A stretch of 45,657 nucleotides of DNA from Octopus sinensis. Taxonomy: Eukaryota. Every line of letters starts with the position of its first letter. Positions within the stretch are counted from its first letter, which is position 1. The DNA lies in the NCBI RefSeq assembly GCF_006345805.1, contig NW_021834153.1, forward strand, positions 1-45,657, read 5' to 3'. The notes below the pieces were generated by a model. That model ran no database searches, had not been told where the DNA came from, and saw only the letters and a list, made by a program, of their open reading frames with translations. The position numbers and the translations under genes are program-made. Shown here piece by piece: positions 10,888 to 24,840 of this stretch.

Positions 10888-11261
10888 TTACTCTTTTACT
10901 CTTTTACTAGTTTCAGTCATTTGACTGCGGCCATGATGAAGCACCGCCTCTAGTCGAGCAAATCGACTCCAGGACCTATTCTTTGTAAGCCTAGTACTTA
11001 TTCCATCGGTCTCTTTTGCCGAACCGCTAAGTTACGGGGACATAAACACACCAGCATCAGTTGTCAAGCGATGTTGGGGGAACAAACACACACACACACA
11101 CACGACGGGCTTCTTTCCGTTTCCGTCTACCAAATCCACTCACAAGGCTTTGGTCGGCCCGAGGCTTTAGTAGAAGACACTTGGCCAAGGTGCCACGCAG
11201 TGGGACTGAACCCGGAATCATGTGGTTCGTAAGCAATCTACTTACCATACAGCCACTCCTG
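10888..11261 (-). mobile_element. SINE family A, full-length-like, inverted relative to the 9816 copy
   Basis: Reverse complement of head, core and tail: ttactcttttactcttttac...accatacagccactcctg. Confidence 0.9.
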
Positions 11262-11789
11262 TAAAAAAAATATAAGAAACTTACTGAAGACGCTACACCG
11301 TTCGATCAAACTAAATTCCTCGTGATTCTCAGTCGAACCTTTTAAATATTTATCCATATTACATCCAACGAAACCGGAGTAGATTTTAATATTTTGATAG
11401 TACTGTGTAGCTAAGATACATAAGCTAGTTTATGCAGAATTCTGCATCATAAATATACCCCAAACACCGCCACTAATTGCATAAAGATTGAGCAATATAT
11501 TTGCAAATGTTTGGTGTCGACAAATTCTGTAAATGTAATAATATATCATTCTTATTAATTGCTTCTCTCTTTGTCTTAATTCTAAAGCACATGTTGTTGT
11601 TAAAACAGAAAGGAAGGACCTAGAGGCGCCGCCAATGTACTATGAGCTCACCAAGAAGTGATTATTGTCGATAGTGACAAAGTAATGCTATTTAGAAGGA
11701 AACGAATCTTTGCAAATAAGCTTAACTTCAACGCCATCTTGGTTCAGTCGTGATCCACACTTTACCGAAAACAAGGGTATATATGAGTA

Positions 11790-12260
11790 CGCCATGTAAA
11801 TACATATGCATGTATATATATATGCATGTACATATATACATATATATACATATATGAATATGTATATATACATATATACATGCATATATAGTATATACAA
11901 CTATTATAAACGCATATATACACAAATATATATATGTGTGTTTTATATATTTACATATATACATTTACACATATATATACATATATGAATATGTATATAT
12001 ATATATACATACAAGCATCAAGTGTATATAACTATATATGCATATATGAGCGCAGATATACAAAAATATATATATGTATGTATATATATATGTAAATATA
12101 TATATATAGAGAGAGAGAGACATATATACGGACATATATATTCACATGCATATATGCACACTTAAATTCATGAATACAAATATGTATACATATATGTGTG
12201 TGCGCGTATGCGTGTTGCATGTGCGCGCATGCATGTGTGTGTGTGTGTGTGTGTGTGTTT
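11790..12260. repeat. Degenerate (TA/CA/TG)n block
   Basis: Direct reading. Confidence 0.9.
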
Positions 12261-12694
12261 TGTAATGAGCAAGTGACGTTGGTAAACGGAACATCGTTCA
12301 CACAAACAACATTCTGGAATGATTGAGCAATTCTGTCGAGATAGAAAACGGCATGTTGGCATCTAATCATACTTTGCTCTTCGAAATTCTTTAACTAATT
12401 TCGTATTTCGTATTAAGTTAGAAGACAAGTTTGCCAATTATCACAGAAGCGATGTGAGATCATCCGTTTTGCGATCCATATTTACTACACGAAGGTTCGA
12501 TGCCATTCTGTAGAGATAATGAGATTATTGTAGACTGAATTACTGGTTAAACATAAAGACGTGTTGATCAGTTAAGTTTTATAAGTGATGGCATATCATC
12601 TACATTACGAATGGATGACGGGGCCACAATGAAGTCTTCAGATATGCTAGAAAAAACACCTTCATCTCCATCAAATTGCACACAGATTTAAGGC

Positions 12695-12900
12695 TGTCAT
12701 TCGGCAGAATCGCTACCGCACCGGAAAACTTCTTAGCGACATTTATTCCGACTTTCCTCTCTGAGCTCAAATGCTGCCGCGATCGACTTCGCCTTACGTA
12801 CTTTTGGGTGGATAGAACAAGTACCAGCTAAACACTGAGGTCGGTGTAATTGGTTTATACCCACCTCCGGAATTGCTGGCCTTTTGCCAAAATTTGAAAA
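12695..12900 (+). mobile_element. Old, diverged SINE family B copy
   Basis: ggcagaatcgctaccgcaccgg...gagctcaaatgctgccgcgatcgacttcgcc...aagtaccagctaaacactgaggtcggtgtaat. Confidence 0.6.
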
Positions 12901-13254
12901 TCAAATCACACCTTAATTCTTTAATTTTTAATGATACATCGGACACATTGGATAGTGCATTCTAAGGTAGACAATGTGTAAGTCAAATCAAGTTTTCTAT
13001 AATTAATATGGTTAATAATAATAATAAGATGTTTTATAATAATTACATGATAATTATATGATAATGAGATGCTTTATAATAATTATATAATAATTATATA
13101 ATAATTAAATAATAATAAGATGTTTTATATAATAATGCGCGATCGGAAAAAGGGTTGACAGTATTGTTAGAACACCGGAAAATTTTTTTAAAAACGATGC
13201 GTTTTTGTAATCGTTACAGCATCTGCAAAATATTTTGCGGGTTTTCGTTGTGCT

Positions 13255-13410
13255 CTTCACGTTCTCTGTTCAAGATCCGCTGAGGTCAACTTCGCCTGTC
13301 ATCCTTCCAGAATCGATAAAGTACCACTCGAGTGCTTTCGATGGTTTCAACTTAAAAATTACTCCCCGTTTGTGGAAATTGCTGCCCTTTCGCCTAAATT
13401 AGAAACAATT
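13255..13410 (+). mobile_element. Old partial SINE family B copy
   Basis: gttcaagatccgctgaggtcaacttcgcctgtcatccttccagaatcgataaagtacc. Confidence 0.55.
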
Positions 13411-13770
13411 GTAAGTATAATCGATTAAGGATCGAAGAACGGCTAAAAATAATCAGGGAAACGTTATTTATAAAAAGTAGTAAACACGGGCGGTCGTCGC
13501 ACTTGTTAGCAATAGGGACCAACTGTTTCCTCACCCACCTTCAACACAAGGAAAAAATATTGGATGGTCATGATTGGAATGTCAGTCTACTTAGGTAGGC
13601 GAGATCGGCGGTAAACAGCAACATTGAGGGAATAATTAATAAATATAGGAAGTGTGTAATGATATCAAAAAAGTGAAGCTGTCACCATAAATGATACAGC
13701 GTCCTTCACTTTGATTTGATCCCATGGTACCAAACGTTAAGCAGGTATCTTAGGCTAAAATCTCTGTCCG

Positions 13771-14158
13771 TAACTTGCTTACCAACCACATAGTTCCGGG
13801 TTCAGTCCCACTGCGTGGCACCTTGGGCAAGTGTCTTCTACTATAGCCTCGGGCCGACCAAAGCTTTATGAATGGATTTAGTAGACGGAAACTGAAAGAA
13901 GCCCGTCGTATATATGTATATATATATATATGTATGTGTGTCTGTGTTTGTATGTCTGTGTTTGCCCCCCTAGCATTGCTTGACAACCGATGCTGGTGTG
14001 TTTACGTCCCCGTCACTTAGCGGTTCGGCAAAAGAGACCGATAGAATAAGTACTGGGCTTACAAAGAATAAGTCCCGGGGTCGAGTTGCTCGACTAAAGG
14101 CGGCGCTCCAGCATGGCCGCAGTCAAATGACTGAAACAAGTAAAAGAGTTAAAGAGTA
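13771..14158 (+). mobile_element. SINE family A, slightly 5'-truncated
   Basis: Colinear with the 9816 copy from aacttgcttaccaaccaca to gtaaaagagttaaagag. Confidence 0.9.
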
Positions 14159-14579
14159 TTATGAATGAAAGTGGATCAATGCAAACGGCATAAAATCCCG
14201 TTAGGTGGACCGTAACTTTTCTCAATTTAATCACCAGTCGGTTTAACCTCATCACCTATCACCTGTATACCCACAGCGGTGTTCACTTCGTTGCAAGCAT
14301 TTGTGTCAAATGTTTTGGAAATAGTTACTCACTCCCTTGCGTCGATCAATCTGCAAGCGGCCAAGGGAACTGCAATTCTGGGACTAAAGTATGTAAAATG
14401 TAAAAAAAGACTTCTGCTAAATTGTAGCAAATTCTGCAGAACATGAGAAATGTTTACCAACTCACAAATCTTGGGTTCATATCTTCATCATATGTGGAAC
14501 AATTTAGTTTGTCTAACATATTTGAAAAATACAGTAAACATTGACCATTTATTGTTGTTATTGTTGCTGTTGCTGTTTG

Positions 14580-14978
14580 TTTGTTGAGCGAAGCGGTCTT
14601 CGTCCCAGACCTCGCAAGATCGCGCCTCAGGATTGTCTGTAGTGGGAGAAGTCCGAAACGTGGTCCTTTGCTATTCGTAAGACCCGCAGAAGAGAAGGCA
14701 GGTCAACCACCCGACACCGAGAGCATCGACAGATGGATGAATGCGCATCCAGGCTCAGCGGTTGCGTAGGAAGTCGGGGACAAGAAACAGGAAGAAAGAG
14801 TGAGAGAAAGTTGGAGCGAAAGAGTACAACAGGGTTCGCCACCATCCCTTGCCGAAGCCTCGTGGAGCTTTGGGTGTTTTCGCTCAATAATCACACACAA
14901 CGCCCGGTGTGGGAATCGAAACCGCGATCCTCCGACCGCGAGTTCACTGCCCTAATCACTGGGTCATTGCGCCTCCAC
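14580..14978 (-). mobile_element. tRNA-derived SINE, family C-related
   Basis: Minus-strand head gtggaggcgcaatgacccagtgattagggcagtgaactcgcggtcggaggatcgcggtttcgattccc with A and B boxes. The left boundary is approximate. Confidence 0.75.
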
Positions 14979-15444
14979 TGCTGTTGTTGTTGTTGCTTTT
15001 AGCGCTCAGCTGCTTCAGTTCTCATTCTGGTTTTCTTGCTGTTAATGTCGTCATCAACACTGAACCAGATCGAACCACAATGGAATCACCTCTTGCTTAT
15101 GACATCCCAAATGCGATGACATATTTCTTTCTTTTTAGTCTCAGTGAATCTAAACCTACAATAAAATATTCCATTCTTTAAACCGGTAAGGTGTTAAATC
15201 TAGGAAGATTTAGCTGCTGTTTCTAGTCGGTTACTCAACTGCCTAGATACTAAAGTTATTGGCTCACTTTATTAAAACCAAAACCGTCTGGGATAAACGA
15301 CAAATTAACGATTAACGAGAATCCTCTGTCGCTGTATAAAACCAGTTACATTGCAAATTGTCTCTCATGCGAGTTTACGACAAAACAGATTTTTGTTCAG
15401 GACTGATTATTGATAAATTATATTGGAGGCTAAAATGGAAAAGA

Positions 15445-16060
15445 CTCGTGGATAATGTAGTCCTGGAAACATTGGATGTTGATACAGAAATGATGCATCG
15501 ATTAAAGTAATCCAACATACGCCATGTGATCACAAAGAAAGAGCACTTCAGACGAGGTAGCCGTAGACACATTGTCTCGTAGTATAGAAAAGATACATTG
15601 GAATGTAGTCCGAGATAAAATGTGAATAATACAGAACAATCGCTTCGGATACCGTACATGGAATCTTAATATGGAACGTATACATTGAATAACGTAGTCC
15701 TAGATACACCATGTTCGAATGAAGAAATTGTACATCGGAAAATATACTCCAAGATGTATTTGTCTTAATGAAGAAAGTGCATTTCAGATAACGTTACTCT
15801 AGTTTCATTGTTTTTGTTTTTTGTTTTTAATGTAGAATGAATATATTGATAAGGGTAGCACATTTCGGATAATGTAGTCCTAGGTAGATTGTGTCATAAC
15901 ATAGAAAGGACTCACTATATATGTAGTCCTACATACGCTTTGTTTTAATAAAGACAGAACTTTCGATAATGTAGTCCAAGACACATGTGTTAGTTAACGT
16001 AGTCCTAGATACTCCTTGCCTTAGAAATAAATGGGTATACGGGTAGATGTAATCCTATCT
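15445..16060. repeat. Degenerate ~49-bp tandem array
   Basis: Motif a(t/c)gtagtcc recurs at 15455, 15603, 15692, 15872, 15921, 15969 and 15997, with weaker copies between; spacings include 49, 48 and 148. Confidence 0.7.
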
Positions 16061-16401
16061 ACCCAATGTCTTGACGAATAAACACCAGAGCTGATATACT
16101 GTGGACACATAACATATAATATGTATTATTCTTTCACTTGTTTCAGTCATTTTTACTGTGGTCATGCTGGAGCACCGCCGTAAATGTGTGTATATGTGTG
16201 TGTATGTGTGTGTATATATACGTGTGTATATGTGTATATGTATGTACATATGTGTGTATATATTCGTGTATATATATATATATATATGTGTGTGAGGAAT
16301 TGATTACAAGCAGAATTGGGAATATAGAAGACTTTGGTTAAGCATCACTTGCATTCCGGAAAAAAATACGTTGAAGACAGCAAATATAGATATATATATA
16401 T

Positions 16402-16472
<71 letters not shown>

Positions 16473-16479
16473 TGAAAAA

Positions 16480-16624
16480 ATGGTAAGACAACAAAAGAAA
16501 GAAAGAGACCTCGATATTATGTAAATAGAGTAATTTATCTGTAAATGTAATACGTGACAATTATTCGGTAGCCGAACGCGGAGTTTTATCATGGCTACCG
16601 AATAATTGTCACATATTACATTTA
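16480..16624 (+). mobile_element. Second copy of the hairpin element at 2915-3100, core deleted
   Basis: Shared leader aaagaaagagac.tc.atat.atgtaaatagag.aatttatct; arms 16542-16573 / 16593-16624; the loop keeps only gaacgcggagttttatcat. Confidence 0.8.
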
Positions 16625-17419
16625 TATATATATAATATGTGTGTGTGTGTGTGTAAGCATATATGTATATAGATACAAGAAGCGACTCCATGTCATCAAC
16701 TTCACTCGGGTCCATCGCAGATTTCGCACGAGACACATGCCTGCTCAAAGAATTTTACGTTTCTCCGCAATATTTCTAGCTCCATTTCTAAGTTAAGGGC
16801 AACAATAAAGCAACCCTGCAAAACCCAACCGACCTTTACACACAGACGCACAGAATAACATCAATCAAATAACGACAGCAGAGTGCACAACAAACATCAG
16901 CGATCTGTCTGTCGCCTGTACTCTTCATAAGAGGTGTCAGTCCTTTTCACCTAGCAGGCTCGTTCGTATTAGCCTGAGTTGCTGGATAATTTTCCGTTCC
17001 TTTAAGAATATTGTAGAACGGAAACTTTTCATAGATTGGAATTTAGATCCTAATCTCTATAGAAATTTATGGTTTCAAAGAAAAATTGAATTTGAATTAC
17101 TTTTAATTTTTACGATTACAGATAACAACTCGGGCTGTAACTTCTGAAACCGAGTCAAGCGCGTGTGAACGACGTCGAGAGAACGTCTGCTACGAATGAT
17201 ATTATTTGACACAGGATGCCTCTTAGACGACTGCCAGACGCTGAACGGAAATAATTGAACTGTGACCAGGCTCAATGAAAGGGGTCCGAGCTATGGGCTG
17301 CAATTATAAACTGGAAGTCAGCGTTGGCAGAAATTAAATCAGCTTGTAAATACACGTTCACTTTACTAAATTCATACTCGGACTAAGCCCGAACAGCCCG
17401 AGTGCCAGAGTCACCACTG

Positions 17420-17546
17420 ATACATACATACATACATACATACATACATACATACATACATACATACATACTACATACATACATACATACACACATACAT
17501 ACAAACATACATACATACATACATACATACATACATACATACATAC
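17420..17546. repeat. (TACA)n array
   Basis: Direct reading. Confidence 0.95.
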
Positions 17547-17547
17547 A

Positions 17548-17733
17548 GCCGTATTTCGTCTGCCGTTACGTTCTGAGTTCAAATTCTGCCGAAGTCGACT
17601 TGCCTTTCATCCTTTCAGGGTCGATAAATTAAGTACCAGTTACGCATTGGGGTCGATGTAATCGACTTAATCTGTTTGTCTGGCCTTGTTTGTCCCCTCT
17701 GTGTTTAGCCCCTTGTGGGTAGTAAAGAAAAAT
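17548..17733 (+). mobile_element. SINE family B, 5'-truncated
   Basis: gtatttcgtctgccgttacgttctgagttcaaattc...ccccttgtgggtagtaaagaaa. Confidence 0.85.
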
Positions 17734-17752
17734 ATCATACATACATACATAT

Positions 17753-18155
17753 GGCGCAGGAGTAGCTGTGCGGTAAGTAACTTGTTTACCAACCACATGG
17801 TTCCGGGTTCAGTCCTACTGCGTAGCATCTTGGGCAAGTATCTTCTACTATAGCCTCGGGCTGACCAAAGCCTTGTGAGTGGATTTGGTAGACGGAAACC
17901 GAAAGAAACCCGTTGTATATATGTATATATGTGTGCGTGTATGTTTGTGTGTCTGTGTTTGTCCCCCTAGCATTGCTTGACAACCGATGCTGGTGTGTTT
18001 ATGTCCCCGTCACTTAGCGATTCGGCAAAAAGAGACCGATAGAATAAGTACTGGGCTTACAAAGAATAAGTCCCGAGGTCGAGTTGCTCGATTAAACGCG
18101 GTGCTCCAGCATGGCCGCTGTCAAATGACTGAAACAAGTAAAAGAGTAAAAGAGT
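17753..18155 (+). mobile_element. SINE family A, full-length-like
   Basis: Colinear with the 9816 copy. Confidence 0.9.
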
Positions 18156-18627
18156 ATATATATAAAGAGAGAGAGAGATAGGGGGAGACGGACAGAGGGT
18201 GAGGCAGATAGACAGACAGACAGAGTGAGAGACACGAATGACTATAGTGGTAATACAACCAATCAGAGAACATTTAAATTCCTGTCAGAATCTTCGTGTT
18301 TAGTGGCTGCAAGTTTTAATATTTCATCTCAGTAAAATTACTAATTGATTATGAGTTTCATTAACGAAGCCTTTTGTTAAATGCGAAACATTTTTTTTGT
18401 TTGATGACTTTCATATTAAGATCGCTATTACAAAACGTGTGAATGAGTTAACTATAAGCAGTAATATTGTAATGTTAAATGAGAAAATCAATGTTGACAG
18501 ATAATTGAATTCAATAACATTTGAACACCTACGATTTCTGATTTATTTTTATAATTGCCTCAAAGACATTTTTCATATTATGTCGTCAAATATTAACTAT
18601 TATTGGCCGTAGTTTTACAGAGATTTT

Positions 18628-18633
18628 TTTTAA

Positions 18634-18676
<43 letters not shown>

Positions 18677-18892
18677 ATTATTATTATCATTATTATTACT
18701 ATTACTATTATTATTATTACTATTATTATTACTATTATTATTATTATTATTATTATTGTTATTATTACGTTTGACTTTTGGTTTACATTTGTACAAGCTG
18801 GCTCCAAGTCTCACCCAGAGACTTTATCATTATTATTATTATTATTAATAATATTTTTATTATTATTGATATTATTATTATTATTATTATTA

Positions 18893-18963
<71 letters not shown>
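18628..18963. repeat. Two (ATT)n arrays
   Basis: Direct reading. Confidence 0.95.
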
Positions 18964-18965
<2 letters not shown>

Positions 18966-19273
18966 GTCGAGAGAATTTGCCTCCAAACGCATTAGGAAAA
19001 TATGTCGACTGTGAAGATAAAACGAATCGTGAAAGACAGATGTGTGAAAAATAGTCTCACCACTAATGTTTCTCTGGTATGGTAGACCGAAACGCCGGGT
19101 TTTGTAAATCTCTTTTAAAGAACATGCGGTGCGCTACCTGCAGCTTGTTGTAAGGGGGGATAATCACTTCTCCATAAATTCTGAATCATGGTGGAGTGAG
19201 AAATTTGAAATTTGTGTCTAAGTGTAAGAAGGAAGACGCACAGAATGGATGTATTTAATAGATTTTCTACATA

Positions 19274-19430
19274 AGCGCAGGTGTGGCTGCGCGGCAAGAA
19301 TCTTGCTTGTCGGCCACATAGTTCCGGGTTCGGGTCTACTGCATGGCACTTTGGCCAAGTGTTTTTTACTATAGCCGCAGGTCGACTAAAGCCTTATGAG
19401 CGGAAATTGAAAGAAGCCCGTCGTATATAA

Positions 19431-19461
<31 letters not shown>

Positions 19462-19492
19462 ATATTATATATATATATATATTATATATATA

Positions 19493-19528
<36 letters not shown>

Positions 19529-19604
19529 AATACAATAATTGGTACCTAGTTGTGCCACTATTACATATATACACACAGACACATATATAAGTTTATATAT
19601 ATAA

Positions 19605-19658
<54 letters not shown>

Positions 19659-19858
19659 AGTTCAGGTATGTGACAACAGATGTTGGTGGGTTTACATCCC
19701 CCGTGACTTAGCGGTTCAGCAATAGGAACCGATAGAATAAGTACTAAAAATAATAGGCTTACAAAACATACGTACTGGGGGTCGATTTGTTCGACTAAAA
19801 GGCGGCGCTCCTGCACGGCCGCAATCAAATGACTGAAACAAGTAAAATAAAAGAATAA
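19274..19858 (+). mobile_element. Diverged SINE family A copy with an expanded internal microsatellite
   Basis: Head and core 19274-19425; (TA)n/(TTA)n expansion to ~19655; 3' half 19670-19858. Confidence 0.85.
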
Positions 19859-20309
19859 TTATAAAGATTCTAAATATATTTTGTCTCCTTCGCTTTCTAT
19901 TTCATTATGCGTTCAAATGCGCAGCATTTACGCGTAGGCTTTCAACATTTCAATGACATCATTGGAATTTTGAAAGGATTGTATAATTTATAATTACTTG
20001 GGTTTTGCATTTAAGAGAAGTTAATTTACTTTTAATTAATTTACTTTTAATTAATTTACTTTTAATCTAATTGAATTTAATTTAATTTGCCTTTAAAAGA
20101 AAGTCAAATCCGATTCCACCGGTCTCCAAATATCCAATAACATAAAATTTTTTATAAGGTTTTTTTTCAAACACGGTTTGAAGTCGCTCTAGCGTAAGTG
20201 ACTGCAAAGAAACAAAAGAAGGAAAGCAGGAACCTACAAATTAAAGAAAGAGAAAGACGATTGACAGAAATCTTACGATCATGATGCTAACACCATAACC
20301 ACGAAGTCG

Positions 20310-20620
20310 ATGTCGGCGGAATACAAACCCAGGACGGAAGGAAGTGCCGCTATGCAATTTTGCCCGGCGTCCTAACGATTTTGCTCGCCTCCTTAAATAT
20401 ATTGCTTTCAAATTCTGGCACAAGGCCAACAATTTAAGGGGGCACTGGTTCAAGTCGATTACATCGACCCCAGTGCTCAACTGATACTTATTGTATCGGC
20501 CCTGAGAGAATGAAAGACAAAGTTGACCTCGTAGGTAATTGAACCCGTAGGTAATTGAAGCCGGACGAAATGCTGCTATGTATTTTATTCGGCGATTTCT
20601 CACCGCCTTACTCTATCGTT
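20310..20620 (-). mobile_element. Two diverged SINE family B fragments
   Basis: Reverse complements of the head (ggcgagcaaaatcgttaggacgccgggcaaaa, 20310-20400) and the central domain (gtcgattacatcgaccccagtg, 20440-20620). Confidence 0.6.
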
Positions 20621-21129
20621 TCATAACAACGATTGGTGACATGAGATAAGTTACAGTAGTCTCAAGAACTAGATTTCGATTTCCGGTTTTTAGATACGAA
20701 GATTACATTCTAATCCAAAATATTATCAGGAACTATTACTGTCAAGACAAATTCTGATTAAATTATTCGCGTTGGTAGTTTTTATGTTTAACCAGATTAC
20801 ACAAAAGAAAGTTGTGATAAAGTTGATGTTTTACAAACTGAACTTCGTGTTTTTGAATAAGTTTAAAATGCTGTGGGGCAGAATACTAAAATTTGGCGAG
20901 TTTGGCGATTGCAGCTTCTACTCGAAGACGTTCGTATTTTCTGTACCTTCGATGTGACTTACCTGCTGTATTATAAGTGGTGGTTGTGTTGCTGTTGTTT
21001 CGCCGCGAGTGTCTTTGTGTCTCCGACCAGCAGGCATAAAGACCAAGTCTGCTCCAGCTATGACCTTTCGAGTTGAATGTACGATAATAGTAGCCACAAT
21101 AACAAGCATCAGCAACTACTAGTACTACA

Positions 21130-21825
<696 letters not shown>

Positions 21826-21989
21826 CAAGAGCGACAACACTGCAAGCAAGAATATATTGCATTAAAAGATGTGTTTATTTACCGTTATCTACAAAATTAT
21901 TCAAATGATGATATTTACCCTGGAAAGACGGCACGAACAGACAGACACGTCAAAACAAATTGTCATAGGCAATTCAGCAGACATTATAT

Positions 21990-22158
21990 ATGTATCTGTG
22001 TATATATATATGTGTGTGTGTGTGTTTGTGTGTATATATAATATATATATATATATATATACATATAAAACTATATTATATTATGCTTATACATTATTCA
22101 TATACATACATACATAACATAGACGCATATATGAAGCATACGTATGTGTGTGTGTACC

Positions 22159-22206
<48 letters not shown>

Positions 22207-22338
22207 AATATATATGATACAACTGCTTCACATATAAACACATGTACATATATGTTTGTTGACTGTGCAGTGCAATACTTACATTAATTTATATTTATAA
22301 TTTATAGATGAGTTCGTGCACAAAATTATATACGAGTA

Positions 22339-22376
<38 letters not shown>

Positions 22377-22685
22377 GTACATACATATATATATATGTTT
22401 ATGTATATATGTATATATATATATATAAATACATACATATATATAGATATATATATGTTTATGTATATATATATAATATATATATATATATACATATATA
22501 TACATATATACATATATATATATGTATATATATATGCTTATACTTACGTATAATATGTATATATACATATATAGATAAGTATATATATATATATATGTGT
22601 CTGTGTGTGTATATATATATATATATGTATATGTGTATATATACTTGTATATAGATATATATGCTCACACAAATTGTGTGTGTGT
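21990..22685. repeat. (TA/TG)n-rich block
   Basis: Direct reading. Confidence 0.9.
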
Positions 22686-23194
22686 TTAGACCCTGTTTAT
22701 TAATATAATGACTGATGTTACCACCATTATAAAATATCATAGATTTACAGTGTATTTATTAAAAAAAAACAAATAGAATTTATTGTCAATATTTTCAATA
22801 GAATAGGGAGAAGAAGAAGAAAAGAACATATAATATTTTATATATTTCTTCATTTGTCTTTTCAAATTTAATCTTTATCATGTTAACCTTTAATAACCTA
22901 AGCAAAGTTCATGTTAACAGCGCCGACATTGTAATTGTGATTAATAGGAGCCACAATAAGAATGCCTTCACCACCCACAACATCAGTAACAATATGATGT
23001 ATTGTAAGGTTTTGGTATAATTTGTGTGACAATACGAATCTCTGTGATTTGTATATAAGAGAAAAAAACTATTATTTTAGATAATGCTATTGAACACGTC
23101 GGCGGCGATATTATGGCCTTTTCGAGGGATTTTTCTCTGTATTTTAATTTTTTTCTTTTTTGCCTTTCATGTTTTTATACACACATACACACAA

Positions 23195-23690
<496 letters not shown>

Positions 23691-24458
23691 ATATTTATGA
23701 TATATGTCTGTGCGTCAATGTACGAATCATTGTCGTAATGATAATTGTCTATGTTTACATATATATGTGTATAAGGGTGAACTTTTACATGTGTATACAT
23801 AAACCTTGCCACCACCCCCTACACACATATATATGTATATATATTTTTGTATGTATGTGTACCTAAGTAATCGTATACGCAGTTATCTATATATAATTAC
23901 ACATATATTAGTGTGCGGATGGCTTTCTGTAAATTTATAATTAAATTTCTCTCTATATAATTATATCGCAACGAATCTATTTATATACCAAGAAGATTTC
24001 ATAGTACTTGAATATCCTTGTTGTTGTACCAGGAGTGACAATCAAAAAGAAAGGTGGATTATACCAGGATGTCTTCCACGACCTAGATTTTCAGCTGTTG
24101 TATGTGTGATGGTGTGATTTACACGTTTACTATTTTCTCAAGGACGTGACTTCTATTAGTGTGTGTGCGCGTGTTTGTTTGTGTTTGTGTTTGTCCCTCA
24201 TCACCTCTTGACAACAAGTGGTGATTCACTTACGTTCCCATAATTCAGCTGATTCGCGAAAAGCGAGCCAAAGAATAAGTACCGGACTTTAAAGTAAATT
24301 CTGGTGTCTATTTGTTCCACTACAGCCGTGAAGGTGGTACTGCAGCATTGTCGCACCATGTTATGCATGTACATACACACATACACACTTACTCACAAAC
24401 ACATACGCACATACACACACACGCATTTATACGTTGTATGTGTGCGTGTGTGTATCTG

Positions 24459-24518
<60 letters not shown>

Positions 24519-24555
24519 AATCACTAAGTGAGGTATAATTAGTAGCTGCATGACG

Positions 24556-24840
24556 TCGTGAAGTATATATACCACTTAAATGTGACTAACCTTTAAGGGT
24601 CGATGCTACTGCAGCTTGTAGCCTCAGGAAAACATCTCCTCCAGCTGGCTATTGACACACTCTCTGTGCCCTATCAGTATTTTCAACGGGAACGACGAAT
24701 TCCTTTTGCAAATACAGATTGAGCACAGATAGTGTGTCAATAGCCAGCTGGAGGATATGTTTTCCTGGGGCTACAAGCTACAGTAGCATCAATTCACCCT
24801 TAAGGGTTCGCCCCATTTAGGTGGCAAATATACTTCATGA
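24556..24840. repeat. ~285-bp imperfect palindrome (fold-back / MITE-like)
   Basis: Arms 24556-24669 and 24723-24840 are reverse complements (e.g. gaaaacatctcctccagctggctattgacacact / agtgtgtcaatagccagctggaggatatgttttc). Partial pairing continues into the centre. Confidence 0.85.

Noticed and set aside
15445-16060. CRISPR array interpretation of the ~49-bp array
   Set aside because: Eukaryotic context, repeats not identical, inter-core segments mutually homologous, no cas genes.
9743-18181. Recurring ORFs MSSNARxTNTD..., ...TDRISTGLTKNK...
   Set aside because: Incidental frames within SINE family A copies.
19060-19105. ctaatg...gtagaccgaaacgccgggttt hammerhead look-alike
   Set aside because: Core is mutated and helix I absent; cannot be supported without a consensus.
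20918-21115. Strong minus-strand donor CAG|GTAAGT (20961-20962) with an open frame
   Set aside because: The upstream open region overlaps a diverged interspersed repeat and has no convincing acceptor.
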